From positions 32,001-96,000 of the IMG/VR virus record IMGVR_UViG_3300042505_001173: 64,000 nt of DNA. The stretch is one strand, 5' to 3'. The translations under genes and the position numbers were made by a program. The notes beneath the pieces are model-generated. The model ran no database searches and was not told the DNA's origin. It saw only the letters and a program-made list of their open reading frames with translations. Shown here piece by piece: positions 1-9,519 of the stretch. This DNA is from a virus. Position 1 is the first letter of the stretch. Every line of letters starts with the position of its first letter.

Positions 1-126
1 ATCGATACCGGTTCAGCTTGTGATGCTTATGTAGATATTATTTCAGGTACCGAATTTCAAATTAAATGTTCAGCTAGCACATTTGCTCAATTGATTTATG
101 TAACAGTATTTGGACATAAAGCTTAA
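1..126 (+). CDS. 3' end of an ORF running in from the left edge (possibly a fibre-type C-terminal beta domain)
   Basis: Frame 1 is open from base 1 (IDTGSACDAYVDIISGTEFQIKCSASTFAQLIYVTVFGHKA) to TAA at 124-126. Confidence 0.5.
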   Translation: MDTGSACDAYVDIISGTEFQIKCSASTFAQLIYVTVFGHKA

Positions 127-134
127 AAATATTA

Positions 135-163
135 TTGAAATATAAATGTAGATAATATATAAT
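135..163 (+). promoter_or_regulatory. sigma70-type promoter for the NAD salvage operon
   Basis: TTGAAA-17 nt-TATAAT. Confidence 0.75.
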
Positions 164-165
164 AC

Positions 166-196
166 AGGTCGGTAAGATAGACTTACCGACCTTTTC
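166..196 (+). promoter_or_regulatory. 5' leader hairpin
   Basis: AGGTCGGTAAG-ATAGA-CTTACCGACCT, an 11-bp perfect stem followed by TTT, immediately after the -10 box. Confidence 0.55.
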
Positions 197-218
197 ATTT
201 TTAAAGAGGATTTCTTTA

Positions 219-1259
219 ATGACAAAAAAATACGATGTACTCGTCTACATTGGACGTTTCAGTCCAATTCATAACGGCCATATTGAAACTATCAAAACAG
301 CCGCTAAACTTTGTAAAAAACTAATCATTATTGTTGGTTCATCTCATGGTCCAAGGACTATTAAAAATCCATGGACGTATGATGAACGAAGAAACTTCAT
401 TATTACATCACTTGAAAATATTGATGATCCTGATGTAAGAGCACTTGACGTAGATATTCAGTCAGTTGTTGATTATTTGTATAATGATGAACGATGGGCT
501 ACTCATATTCAAAATATTGTAAATTGCAGCTCAAATAGCGATAATATCGGTATCATTGGACATGAAAAAGACGAATCAAGTTATTACATTCATATGTTCC
601 CACAATGGAAAAAACATCTGATTAATGCTGTTGAGATTGATAGTAAAGTTATCAACGGTACTGATATTAGAAAAGCGTTCTTTAATTATACGATTGAAAA
701 ATTTGTAGAGTATTTACCTTATTCAGTTTATATTGATTTGTATACAAAATCGTCACTACCACCCTTTGTAGAATTGCGAAAAGAAAAAGAATATATTGAT
801 CAATATAAGCAATCTTTTTCAATGTTACCTTACCCACCTATCTTTGTTACAACTGATGCTGTAGTAATACAATCAGGGCATGTTTTAATGATTGAGAGAC
901 GTTCGTACCCCGGTAAAGGACTATGGGCATTACCAGGTGGTTTTGTTAACGCTGAGACAGATCGATCATTACAAGATGCAATGTTGCGTGAATTACGTGA
1001 AGAAACAAAACTTAAAGTACCTGATAAAGTATTGAAAGGTAGTATAGTTGATAAACGTGTATTTGATGCTGTTGGACGTTCATTACGCGGTAGAACAATA
1101 ACACATGCGTATCATATCAGATTACATGATGGTGAATTACCGAAAGTTAAAGGTAGTGATGATGCAGCGAAAGCAAGATTTATTCCGTTAAATGAAGTTT
1201 CAAGGTCTAATTGCTTTGAAGATCATTTTGAAATTATTTCTTGGTTTACAGGAGTTTAA
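219..1259 (+). CDS. nadM: bifunctional NMN adenylyltransferase / ADP-ribose pyrophosphatase (NadM-Nudix, NatV-like)
   Basis: GRFSPIHNGH (HxGH) motif, KNPW, NGTDIR; C-terminal Nudix box GGFV...AMLRELREET, GSDDA, FEDH. Confidence 0.93.
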   Translation: MTKKYDVLVYIGRFSPIHNGHIETIKTAAKLCKKLIIIVGSSHGPRTIKNPWTYDERRNFIITSLENIDDPDVRALDVDIQSVVDYLYNDERWATHIQNIVNCSSNSDNIGIIGHEKDESSYYIHMFPQWKKHLINAVEIDSKVINGTDIRKAFFNYTIEKFVEYLPYSVYIDLYTKSSLPPFVELRKEKEYIDQYKQSFSMLPYPPIFVTTDAVVIQSGHVLMIERRSYPGKGLWALPGGFVNAETDRSLQDAMLRELREETKLKVPDKVLKGSIVDKRVFDAVGRSLRGRTITHAYHIRLHDGELPKVKGSDDAAKARFIPLNEVSRSNCFEDHFEIISWFTGV

Positions 1260-1260
1260 T

Positions 1261-1535
1261 ATGTATAAATCAAACGAGTATAGTGATGGTTTTTCTGGGT
1301 TGATATTTGTTATATTTCTTGGCATTATAATTATCGGCTTTGCATATTTTTTTTTTCACCTAATACATCATCAACACCCACACCAACGTCATTAGAAAGA
1401 ATTCATTATATTCAAAATCTTTCCCGCGAAGAAGCTATTGATTTGTTACTAGTTGTATCAACGTATAGTGATTGCTATAGCTGTACAAAAATAATCAATA
1501 AAGCCATGGTCACTAATACAGGTAAACAAAAATGA
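1261..1535 (+). CDS. small membrane protein interrupted by a frameshift at a T10 tract; paralog of the next gene
   Basis: ATG 1261, TM helix, T10 at 1347-1356; the -1 frame continues SPNTSSTPTPTSLERIHYIQNLSREEAIDLLL... to TGA 1533-1535, overlapping the next ATG. Confidence 0.55.
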
Positions 1536-1753
1536 AAACGATATTAATTTTATGTTTACTGTTAGTAGGTTGCGATTCATTGACAACCTCGCCAGGACCA
1601 GATAGAGAGGTCGTAAGAATATCTTACATCAATAGTTTATCACCAGAAAAAGCAAAGGGAATCTTAATCGCGTGTGCAGATGCGCAGTGGCGCTATAATG
1701 TCATTGAAAAACATATGAAGTATGAGCAATATACCTATGGAGTACAAAAATGA
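1532..1753 (+). CDS. small lipoprotein
   Basis: MKTILILCLLLVGC lipobox; ATGA overlaps with both neighbours. Confidence 0.7.
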   Translation: MKTILILCLLLVGCDSLTTSPGPDREVVRISYINSLSPEKAKGILIACADAQWRYNVIEKHMKYEQYTYGVQK

Positions 1754-3120
1754 AAAATTTGTTATTAAATTCAGATAGTTACAAATATTCAATGCATGTT
1801 CAATACCCACCTGGAACTGATTACGTATATTCATACATTGAATCACGTGGTGGTATTTACGACACGGTAGTGTTTTTTGGACTTCAGATGTTTATCAAAG
1901 ATTATTTGATGAACCCTATTACGATTGAAGATATAGATGAAGCTGAAAAAGTATTATTACCTCATGTTGGAGTTTTTAACCGTGAAGGTTGGGAATATAT
2001 TATAAAACACCATAACGGTAGATTACCAGTTGAGATTAAAGCTGTTAAAGAAGGTACGAAAGTACCTGTTAGTAATGTATTAGTATCGATTATCAATACA
2101 GATCCAAATTGTTTTTGGTTAACGACGTTTCTCGAAACAGCATTATTGCGTGCTATTTGGTACCCAACTACAATTGCAACTCAAGGTTATTATACCAAGA
2201 AGAATATCAAAAAATATTTGGATATGACAAGCGGTATTATTGGTGGACTTGATTATATGTTAATCGATTTCGGAAGTCGTGGAGTTTCTAGTTTAGAAAG
2301 CTCAGAAATCGGTGGAACTGCTCATTTATTAAATTTCAAAGGGTCTGATAATGTTTTAGCTATTGCGTATGCAAAGAAATATTATGGGTGCACAACAGCT
2401 GGCTATAGTGTACCAGCTATGGAACACAGTACTGTTACCAGTTGGGGAAGAGAAAATGAATTTGATTCCTACAATAATATGGTTGAAAAATATAAGGATT
2501 TTCCAATCGTAAGTTGTGTTTCTGATAGTTATGATATCTTTGAAGCATGCCATTATGTTGGCAAACATTTAAAAGATAAAATTATTGCTAATAACCAGAC
2601 CTATGTTATTAGACCTGATTCAGGTGATCCGGAAAAAGTAATTGTTGAATGTTTAGAGATTCTAAGTGGTTATTTTGAATGCAAAGAAAACCTTCATGGG
2701 TATAAAGAGTTATCTAATGTCAAGATATTATGGGGTGATGGCATTAATCATGATAGTATTGAACAAATCATGTATGTAGTTGCCATGGCCGGGTATAGCA
2801 TTAATAATTTAGTTTTTGGTTCTGGTGGAGCATTATTGCAACAAATGAATCGCGATACATTAAAGTTTGCTATGAAATGTAGCGCTATTAGAGTGAACGG
2901 TGTATGGAGAGATGTTTTCAAAAATCCTGTAACTGATAGTGGTAAACAATCTAAACGTGGAGCTGTAAAATTATATCAACATAAAATTGATAAAAAATTC
3001 GTTACAGCTGTTGGTGCACCATCACCTGATTATGAAGATGTTATGGAATTAGTGTATACAAATAATAGATTACACCGCGATCAAACATTAGATGAAATCA
3101 GATGTTTAGTAAATATGTAA
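1750..3120 (+). CDS. nadV: nicotinamide phosphoribosyltransferase
   Basis: SDSYKYS, YSYIESRGG, DFGSRG, SVPAMEHS, VSDSYD, IRPDSGDP, GDGI, FGSGGALLQ motifs. Confidence 0.95.
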   Translation: MKNLLLNSDSYKYSMHVQYPPGTDYVYSYIESRGGIYDTVVFFGLQMFIKDYLMNPITIEDIDEAEKVLLPHVGVFNREGWEYIIKHHNGRLPVEIKAVKEGTKVPVSNVLVSIINTDPNCFWLTTFLETALLRAIWYPTTIATQGYYTKKNIKKYLDMTSGIIGGLDYMLIDFGSRGVSSLESSEIGGTAHLLNFKGSDNVLAIAYAKKYYGCTTAGYSVPAMEHSTVTSWGRENEFDSYNNMVEKYKDFPIVSCVSDSYDIFEACHYVGKHLKDKIIANNQTYVIRPDSGDPEKVIVECLEILSGYFECKENLHGYKELSNVKILWGDGINHDSIEQIMYVVAMAGYSINNLVFGSGGALLQQMNRDTLKFAMKCSAIRVNGVWRDVFKNPVTDSGKQSKRGAVKLYQHKIDKKFVTAVGAPSPDYEDVMELVYTNNRLHRDQTLDEIRCLVNM

Positions 3121-3212
3121 CATCTATTCTAATCTTTGTTCTCCTTTGATCTCCCAAATGACAATTAGAAAATAATACATAGATATATCTTTTAGTTGTC
3201 ATTTAATCTCCA

Positions 3213-3872
3213 CTATTCTCCTTTAAATTCCAAATAAAATTTTTCTATTCTTTTATTCAATTCAGAGATATAATTATTTCTATTTTTAATAAAGACTTGA
3301 GGGTTCATTTGTCTTTCGACAGCTATAATAGTAACAATTTGCTCAACATCGATACCTGTACCTTCAAGTAACGCAAGTGAATAGAAAGTTTCTTGTAAGA
3401 AATAATCATTGCACATTTCATCTGTTTTTACATTATTAGAAGTTTTAAAGTCAATAATAGAAAGAAGACCTTTGTATTCAGCGATACAATCAACACGTCC
3501 TGCAACTTTAAGAGCGTCACTATATAAGCCAGCTTCTTGTATGGCGATATTATTGATATTTCTAAGGACATATTTTAATTTTTTGAACAATTTTATATCA
3601 AACGGTGAATATTCACCAATCTCAGTATTGTTTAAGTAATTTTCACACATAGCATGAACAGCTGTTCCACGATCTGCGCATCGTTTTGTTTCAACATCAG
3701 CAGCTTCTTCACCTAAGCGTTCTCTCCACTCGATTAGAAACTCTTTTGGTCCGTACCCTAAAACGGAAGTAATAGACGGGTATTCATTACCATTACAATT
3801 ATAGTGTCTGATCCCATGTTTGATATCAGTTGTAATTTCAGGTATTTGTATCGGTTTGTGATTAAATTTCAT
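3213..3872 (-). CDS. PD-(D/E)xK exonuclease (Cas4-like phage exonuclease)
   Basis: YPSITSVL, RGTAVH, AGRVDCIAEY, IIDFKTS, YFLQ..FY motifs. Confidence 0.85.
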   Translation of the reverse strand: MKFNHKPIQIPEITTDIKHGIRHYNCNGNEYPSITSVLGYGPKEFLIEWRERLGEEAADVETKRCADRGTAVHAMCENYLNNTEIGEYSPFDIKLFKKLKYVLRNINNIAIQEAGLYSDALKVAGRVDCIAEYKGLLSIIDFKTSNNVKTDEMCNDYFLQETFYSLALLEGTGIDVEQIVTIIAVERQMNPQVFIKNRNNYISELNKRIEKFYLEFKGE

Positions 3873-4021
3873 ATAATACCAACTTAGTCAAAATTGGTAT
3901 AATATAGTATTAAATTAGATATTCATACCTGTAAATCTAATGAATACGATTTTTAATTAACATAATCATTATGTTATTGTAAGATCTAACTATAATATCA
4001 TTTAAATTATCGTTACCTATG

Positions 4022-5704
4022 TTATTTACGTACACGTGTCTTATAGCGAGGGTATACATTACCTGAAGTCGGTCTTAACTTGTAATTAACTTTTGGGTAT
4101 ACGGTATTAGTTACTGGTCGTTCAGGGTATACATACAAATGCAAATTGGGTGCACCTTGTAGTTCACACATCCATCCTCCCGGTATACTAGCTAGTTGTT
4201 CTGTATTAGCTAGTTGATCAGGAATTGCATGTTTAGTAATATAAGCTAATGCATCTGCCTGTGTCATATTTGGATACATCTCCAAGGCGCATGCCAAAAC
4301 TCCACAAACCTGTGGTGATGCCATCGACGTTCCAGTATCTATTGAGTTCCCATACAATGGATTTCGTGGATTAAATATCATAAGACTGCTACCTGAATTG
4401 TAAAACTCCCTGGAACTAATTATTGTGGCACCTGGCGCAAAAACGTTAACTTTTGGACCACAACAACTCATAGTCCATTTAATCTCTGTATTGGTCGCCG
4501 CAAACGGAACGGGTACATAAGAATCAGTAGCGCCTACGCAAATAGCGCTAGGTGACGCTGATGGTACATGACCTCTATTATAGTAAATCTGACTAGTCGT
4601 ACCATCCTGTATGATTTTAACATAATTGTTATAATCCACGCCACCCGGTATATCTATTTTGGCGCCAGTGTTTCCAGCTGCTCCGACAATGATAATTCCT
4701 TCAGATATTGCATCTTCGATATCAGCTATCTCATCCGTATTTGATATTTGGATTGATACCGTTCCGCTATCCATTAGTAACCCAGCGGATCTACTTTCAA
4801 TATCTGTAACTGGATCAAACCCATTACCGATTAGGGATCCACGATAATTAAACTGCGTTACACCATTTGTACGTAGAATCCTACCAAAACTACAATTGCA
4901 TATGGTCGGGTTTTTAATACCTGTTAACGGATTGACTGGCTTTGAAGTATGAAACGCTCTAATGTAATCCCACATATGACTTCGGAGTGCAGGAAAGGTA
5001 TCATCGTTTGAGTTTGAATACGGACAAATATTAAAAATATTTGCATCTCTTGCCCACCCGTTTTCATTACCAGCTGCGATACCAGCGACATGACTCCCGT
5101 GACCTGAATTCACATCCCTTGAATAATTATAAGCTGTTGAGGTATTACCAGTTGGTTGAACTATTGGGTCTAGATTAAACCAATTAAAATGGTTAACTCG
5201 TGTACCACCGGTACCATCATTATTAATGCTGAATGATGGGTGGTTTGGTTCAAACAGTCCATCAACAATAATAACATCAACGTGTTTTCCACTTAAACTG
5301 CAAGAAACAGTTCCAACTATATCTTCTACTGCCCCGCCTGAGCGCCACTGCGGGGTTTGGTGTTCTTCTGTGCACCGTTTCAGCCCCCAGTTATACAACT
5401 GTTCGGTTGGAGTTACTTGATACCGTTTACTAAATTTTATTGATGGGGTCGTCCAGAGCGGGGTATCAGCAGGTATCATACTAACTGCTATTACGTCTAG
5501 CACTCTAGGATCTTTTTTAATCTCCTCTGCTTCAGCTGCCGTTAACATATAATGAGTATTCCGGCTAATTGGTCTCTTATGCGCTACAACTACTGCTCTG
5601 TCAGGAGTATACAGATTACCGCCTGGAGTTTCCATATCACTATAGAAACCCTCAAGGTCATCAAAGTTCTTTAATGTAACGACGTACTCTTCTAACTCTA
5701 CCAT
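4022..5704 (-). CDS. S8 subtilisin-like serine protease, probably virion/fibre associated
   Basis: Catalytic triad motifs VIIVDG, HGSHVAGIAAG, GTSMASP; oxyanion AAGN; follows a fibre gene directly. Confidence 0.9.
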   Translation of the reverse strand: MVELEEYVVTLKNFDDLEGFYSDMETPGGNLYTPDRAVVVAHKRPISRNTHYMLTAAEAEEIKKDPRVLDVIAVSMIPADTPLWTTPSIKFSKRYQVTPTEQLYNWGLKRCTEEHQTPQWRSGGAVEDIVGTVSCSLSGKHVDVIIVDGLFEPNHPSFSINNDGTGGTRVNHFNWFNLDPIVQPTGNTSTAYNYSRDVNSGHGSHVAGIAAGNENGWARDANIFNICPYSNSNDDTFPALRSHMWDYIRAFHTSKPVNPLTGIKNPTICNCSFGRILRTNGVTQFNYRGSLIGNGFDPVTDIESRSAGLLMDSGTVSIQISNTDEIADIEDAISEGIIIVGAAGNTGAKIDIPGGVDYNNYVKIIQDGTTSQIYYNRGHVPSASPSAICVGATDSYVPVPFAATNTEIKWTMSCCGPKVNVFAPGATIISSREFYNSGSSLMIFNPRNPLYGNSIDTGTSMASPQVCGVLACALEMYPNMTQADALAYITKHAIPDQLANTEQLASIPGGWMCELQGAPNLHLYVYPERPVTNTVYPKVNYKLRPTSGNVYPRYKTRVRK

Positions 5705-5705
5705 G

Positions 5706-8700
5706 TTAGCTTTCCAATTTAACTAAAGTTAAATACACTGTGAATGATCCTGAGGTGGTATTCGTGTTCGTAACAGCAAGTTCTATATCAGTTGTAGGTG
5801 TAGTCTCATCGTTAAACCCGACCACCCCTGGTGAAATCAACACTGGGGTATTTGATGTTGTAATCACTTCCGCTATAACACCGGGTGTCGATGGATCCAC
5901 TGTCAGGGCCCTGCTAGCATCTGCGGCTCTCGCTGACTTACTAGAGTAGATACGAACCCAAGCACCACCTACAGTGGAATTAGTACTAACTTTATATAGA
6001 GCATATCCTTTAAAGCCTACTAATGTTAAATTTGCAATTGCTCCAGCAGCGATTGTACCTGTGGTACCTTGAATAGTAGTTCTACTTGACGTACTTCCCC
6101 CACCACTACCAACTAGCGTTGATGGGTTAACCCATGTTAGACTTGTTCCTGTACTAGCTAACAAATAGTTATTAGCACCTAACGCAGTACCAGCTAATGA
6201 GGTACCGTTACTCGTAACAATACCTGCTGTAGGAGCTGTTAATCCACTACCAACCAACGTTGATTTATCAATCCAAGTGTAACCTGTATTAGTTGAATTT
6301 ATAGCTAATAATTGATCAGCGATACCGTTTGTACTTGATAAAACAGTTCCATTACTCGTAACAATACCTGCTGTAGGAGCTGTTAGTCCACCACTACTTG
6401 TTCCTGATCCTGAGGTAGCTGTAGCTGTAAGATAGTTATTTCGGTAAGTAATACTACCTGCACCTGTACCAGCCATTGTGATCGTGACCGGTACAGTTGA
6501 TACAGTCACCCTACCTGCACCTGACCATCCACTACCGGAGCTGTTAATATTACCTTCTGCTATTACTTCTGTACCGTTTTTAATCGTAAGAGATGCAATA
6601 CTCCAGGCCTGTGGTGTGGTAGACGCTGAACCGGTGCCGCCAGTTATCCAATAATCTACTGGTGTACCCGTAAGTGAAGCTGGAATTGTAATAGTAGCAA
6701 TAGTGGCAAGTGCAGTGTTTGTTTTTGTTGCAACGGTACTTTGAACCATCACTACAGCGCTCGCCCCCCCACTACCGCCACCACTACTGATACCAGTTAA
6801 AGTACCACCGACCGCTAATACCTCTATAAACATATCGGATACAGTCGCAACAGCTGTTGAAATACCACTTAACGCGCAGGTGTACTGTCCAGATAGATTC
6901 ATTGTATATGATGCCCCAGCTCGTAACGTTGTCATAAACGTTTCACTTGAACCTACTCTACGTATGGACGTTCCATTAATATCGACATATATGTAATGGA
7001 CACATATTGGTGCTGAACCTGTAAACTTTGTTTTAAAACCTACTGTAATACTTACCATAGTATCTACTGTTACCGCAGGTATCTGTAGCGATATCAATTG
7101 TGTAGGTGCACTCAGACTTGCATATGAAGAATTTGATCCATCATGTAGCAGCCATTGCGATCCAGTTTTTTCTGTCGTTTGTGTCGCAGGTAACGTTTTT
7201 GTACCTGGATCATGAACAGCAATAGCGTTAGAATTAATCATCGAAGATGATCCACCACCTAACTTAGATGGGTCAACCCATCTTAGACCTGCTCCTGTAC
7301 TAGCTAACAAATAGTTATTAGCACCATACGCAGTACCATTTAACGTAGTTCCTGTACTAGTTACAATACCTGCAGCGGGTGCGGTAAGACCCCCTACACC
7401 ACCCCCACCACCCGAGGATATCGGAATATCTGCAGCCAACGCTTTACCGTACACCAACCAATAAAAACCCGCTTCCCTCCCGTCATACCCACTCAAATCC
7501 TGTCTAAAATATTTTACCCCTGTGATATTCCCGTTCGTATCTGTGATTTCATCACATATCTGAAACTCTGAATCCCCGTAAATACTACCGGTCGTCGTTG
7601 TGGATGGCATGCGAACCGATGATGACCAACCATACAGACTATTAGCACTCATAGGTTTTGGTAGGGTTAACGTACGAACAATGTATGCAGTGTTGGGGGC
7701 CACCATCGCTACATAACCCCATTGCATTATAAACCCATTTGGAAAAATTTGATAACCTGGACTTTGCATTAACGAATTTAATCCTGATGGGCCAGAACCA
7801 GTTCCTGGAACCGCAACATGGTACTCTGACCATAATCTAATTTCACCGTTAGTGGCCGTGGCGTTTGGGTTCTCATACTTGTACGTTCCACCTGGGGGGA
7901 CAACAAACGTAATATTTTCTAACGCTTCGTTACTCGTCTCACCTACGTTGATACCATCGACAGTAACTTTATACCGGTTCGGAGTCGAATTTCCTAGTAC
8001 GATATTAACAATTCTATCACCGGTATCGTTGTTAGTATACGGTGTATTAGGGGTGCGAGAACTCATAACATTGACCCAAGAACCAACACCAACAACATTT
8101 GGAGTGCCACCACTCCCGCTTCCCACCAACGATGATTTAGCTACCCACTCAGGAACCCCGGTTGAATTTATTGTTAAAACCGTATCGTTATTTCCATTAG
8201 ACGAGGATATTGCTGTACCGCTACTATACAAGAACCCTTTTGGGTTAGATGTAGTTGTTACGAGTCCTAAACCACTCAACGAATTCCATTCATAGCTTAC
8301 CGTTGTACCCGTCAACTTCGTAGATAAAAGTTGTTTGTCAGACGCTCCAGCTAACCCAGAAACTGTGGTACCATTACCAACCAACACTCCCGTTGGGGTG
8401 GTTGACAACCAGCTCGGTAAATTATTTGGAACAGGTGGTGTGATCCATTCAAAACCATCTTTGCTTGAATTTATAGCTAATACCTGCCCGCTAGTATTTG
8501 AAGCATCAATTGGAATGCTACTTATTGGGTTTGTACCATCGCTCCATAAAACACCTAGACTGGGTTGAGTAGATACATTTAACCAAGCTGGTGTAGAACT
8601 AACTGTTGATACCTGACTAGTAACATAATCAGTCATGAATTTTTTATGAACTAACGTATAGTCATCACCACTAGCAGCATATATTGCATCAGAGGTGTAT

Positions 8701-9509
8701 TGAATTTTTGAAACTGAAATTCTGCGGTTATCATTATCAAAAACACCTTCACGTAAATATCTTTGATCAGCATAACCTCTCGTTACAAAATAATTATCAA
8801 ATGCAGGTGTATTACCACTAGGTACGTTACCTGCAGCAGGTATAAAATTATCCAACGAACCAAGTAATGGTTTTGTTGCTATCATACTACCATCAACTTG
8901 AACATCTATACTTAATGTATCAACAATACCTACGAGATCATCTACATATTTTTTAGTTACTAAAGCAGTTGTATCACCTGAGACGAAAGTAACATCTGTA
9001 CTATATTTCAATTTATATTTTGATAATGCATCTGTACCAGCAACAAAATTACCACGTGGTAAATAATGACTATCAGAATAGCCTTTTGTCACAAAATAAT
9101 TATCGAACGCACTCGTATCACCAGTAATATTATTATCTGCTAATGAGGTGATTAGAGGAACAGTTAAACTGCTTGAACCGTTAAATGGACTAACTAACGC
9201 CCATTCAGGACTATATGGAGCTGCACTTGAAAGTCTACGAACTTTTAACGATTGCGACGTAGTATCAAACCATAATTGACCTAACGTGCTATGAGTTGGT
9301 CCTTGTGCACTACAGAAATTTTCAAGCATATGTACTAAATTAGTCCATAAAGCTTCACCGAACGGTGCAGTATTCATACCATGTATCGTTAACGTGGTTG
9401 ATGTAGTGTCTATAGTTGTAGGACCAACAGTAAATTGTGGTTTTACAATAGCTCCAGTTATACCTGTATCGGCGTCTGAACTAAATTTAATTGTATACGT
9501 ATCTGTCAT
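5706..9509 (-). CDS. tail fibre protein
   Basis: N-terminal ...TNLVHMLENF...GQLWFD anchor domain; DNYFVTKxY repeats; GYQIFPNGFIMQWG gp53-like module; G/S/T-rich repeats. Confidence 0.8.
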   Translation of the reverse strand: MTDTYTIKFSSDADTGITGAIVKPQFTVGPTTIDTTSTTLTIHGMNTAPFGEALWTNLVHMLENFCSAQGPTHSTLGQLWFDTTSQSLKVRRLSSAAPYSPEWALVSPFNGSSSLTVPLITSLADNNITGDTSAFDNYFVTKGYSDSHYLPRGNFVAGTDALSKYKLKYSTDVTFVSGDTTALVTKKYVDDLVGIVDTLSIDVQVDGSMIATKPLLGSLDNFIPAAGNVPSGNTPAFDNYFVTRGYADQRYLREGVFDNDNRRISVSKIQYTSDAIYAASGDDYTLVHKKFMTDYVTSQVSTVSSTPAWLNVSTQPSLGVLWSDGTNPISSIPIDASNTSGQVLAINSSKDGFEWITPPVPNNLPSWLSTTPTGVLVGNGTTVSGLAGASDKQLLSTKLTGTTVSYEWNSLSGLGLVTTTSNPKGFLYSSGTAISSSNGNNDTVLTINSTGVPEWVAKSSLVGSGSGGTPNVVGVGSWVNVMSSRTPNTPYTNNDTGDRIVNIVLGNSTPNRYKVTVDGINVGETSNEALENITFVVPPGGTYKYENPNATATNGEIRLWSEYHVAVPGTGSGPSGLNSLMQSPGYQIFPNGFIMQWGYVAMVAPNTAYIVRTLTLPKPMSANSLYGWSSSVRMPSTTTTGSIYGDSEFQICDEITDTNGNITGVKYFRQDLSGYDGREAGFYWLVYGKALAADIPISSGGGGGVGGLTAPAAGIVTSTGTTLNGTAYGANNYLLASTGAGLRWVDPSKLGGGSSSMINSNAIAVHDPGTKTLPATQTTEKTGSQWLLHDGSNSSYASLSAPTQLISLQIPAVTVDTMVSITVGFKTKFTGSAPICVHYIYVDINGTSIRRVGSSETFMTTLRAGASYTMNLSGQYTCALSGISTAVATVSDMFIEVLAVGGTLTGISSGGGSGGASAVVMVQSTVATKTNTALATIATITIPASLTGTPVDYWITGGTGSASTTPQAWSIASLTIKNGTEVIAEGNINSSGSGWSGAGRVTVSTVPVTITMAGTGAGSITYRNNYLTATATSGSGTSSGGLTAPTAGIVTSNGTVLSSTNGIADQLLAINSTNTGYTWIDKSTLVGSGLTAPTAGIVTSNGTSLAGTALGANNYLLASTGTSLTWVNPSTLVGSGGGSTSSRTTIQGTTGTIAAGAIANLTLVGFKGYALYKVSTNSTVGGAWVRIYSSKSARAADASRALTVDPSTPGVIAEVITTSNTPVLISPGVVGFNDETTPTTDIELAVTNTNTTSGSFTVYLTLVKLES

Positions 9510-9519
9510 TTGTTATTCC

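Noticed and set aside
3213-3872. Cas4 as part of a CRISPR system
   Set aside because: Lacks the four-Cys Fe-S pattern and cas context; typical stand-alone phage exonuclease
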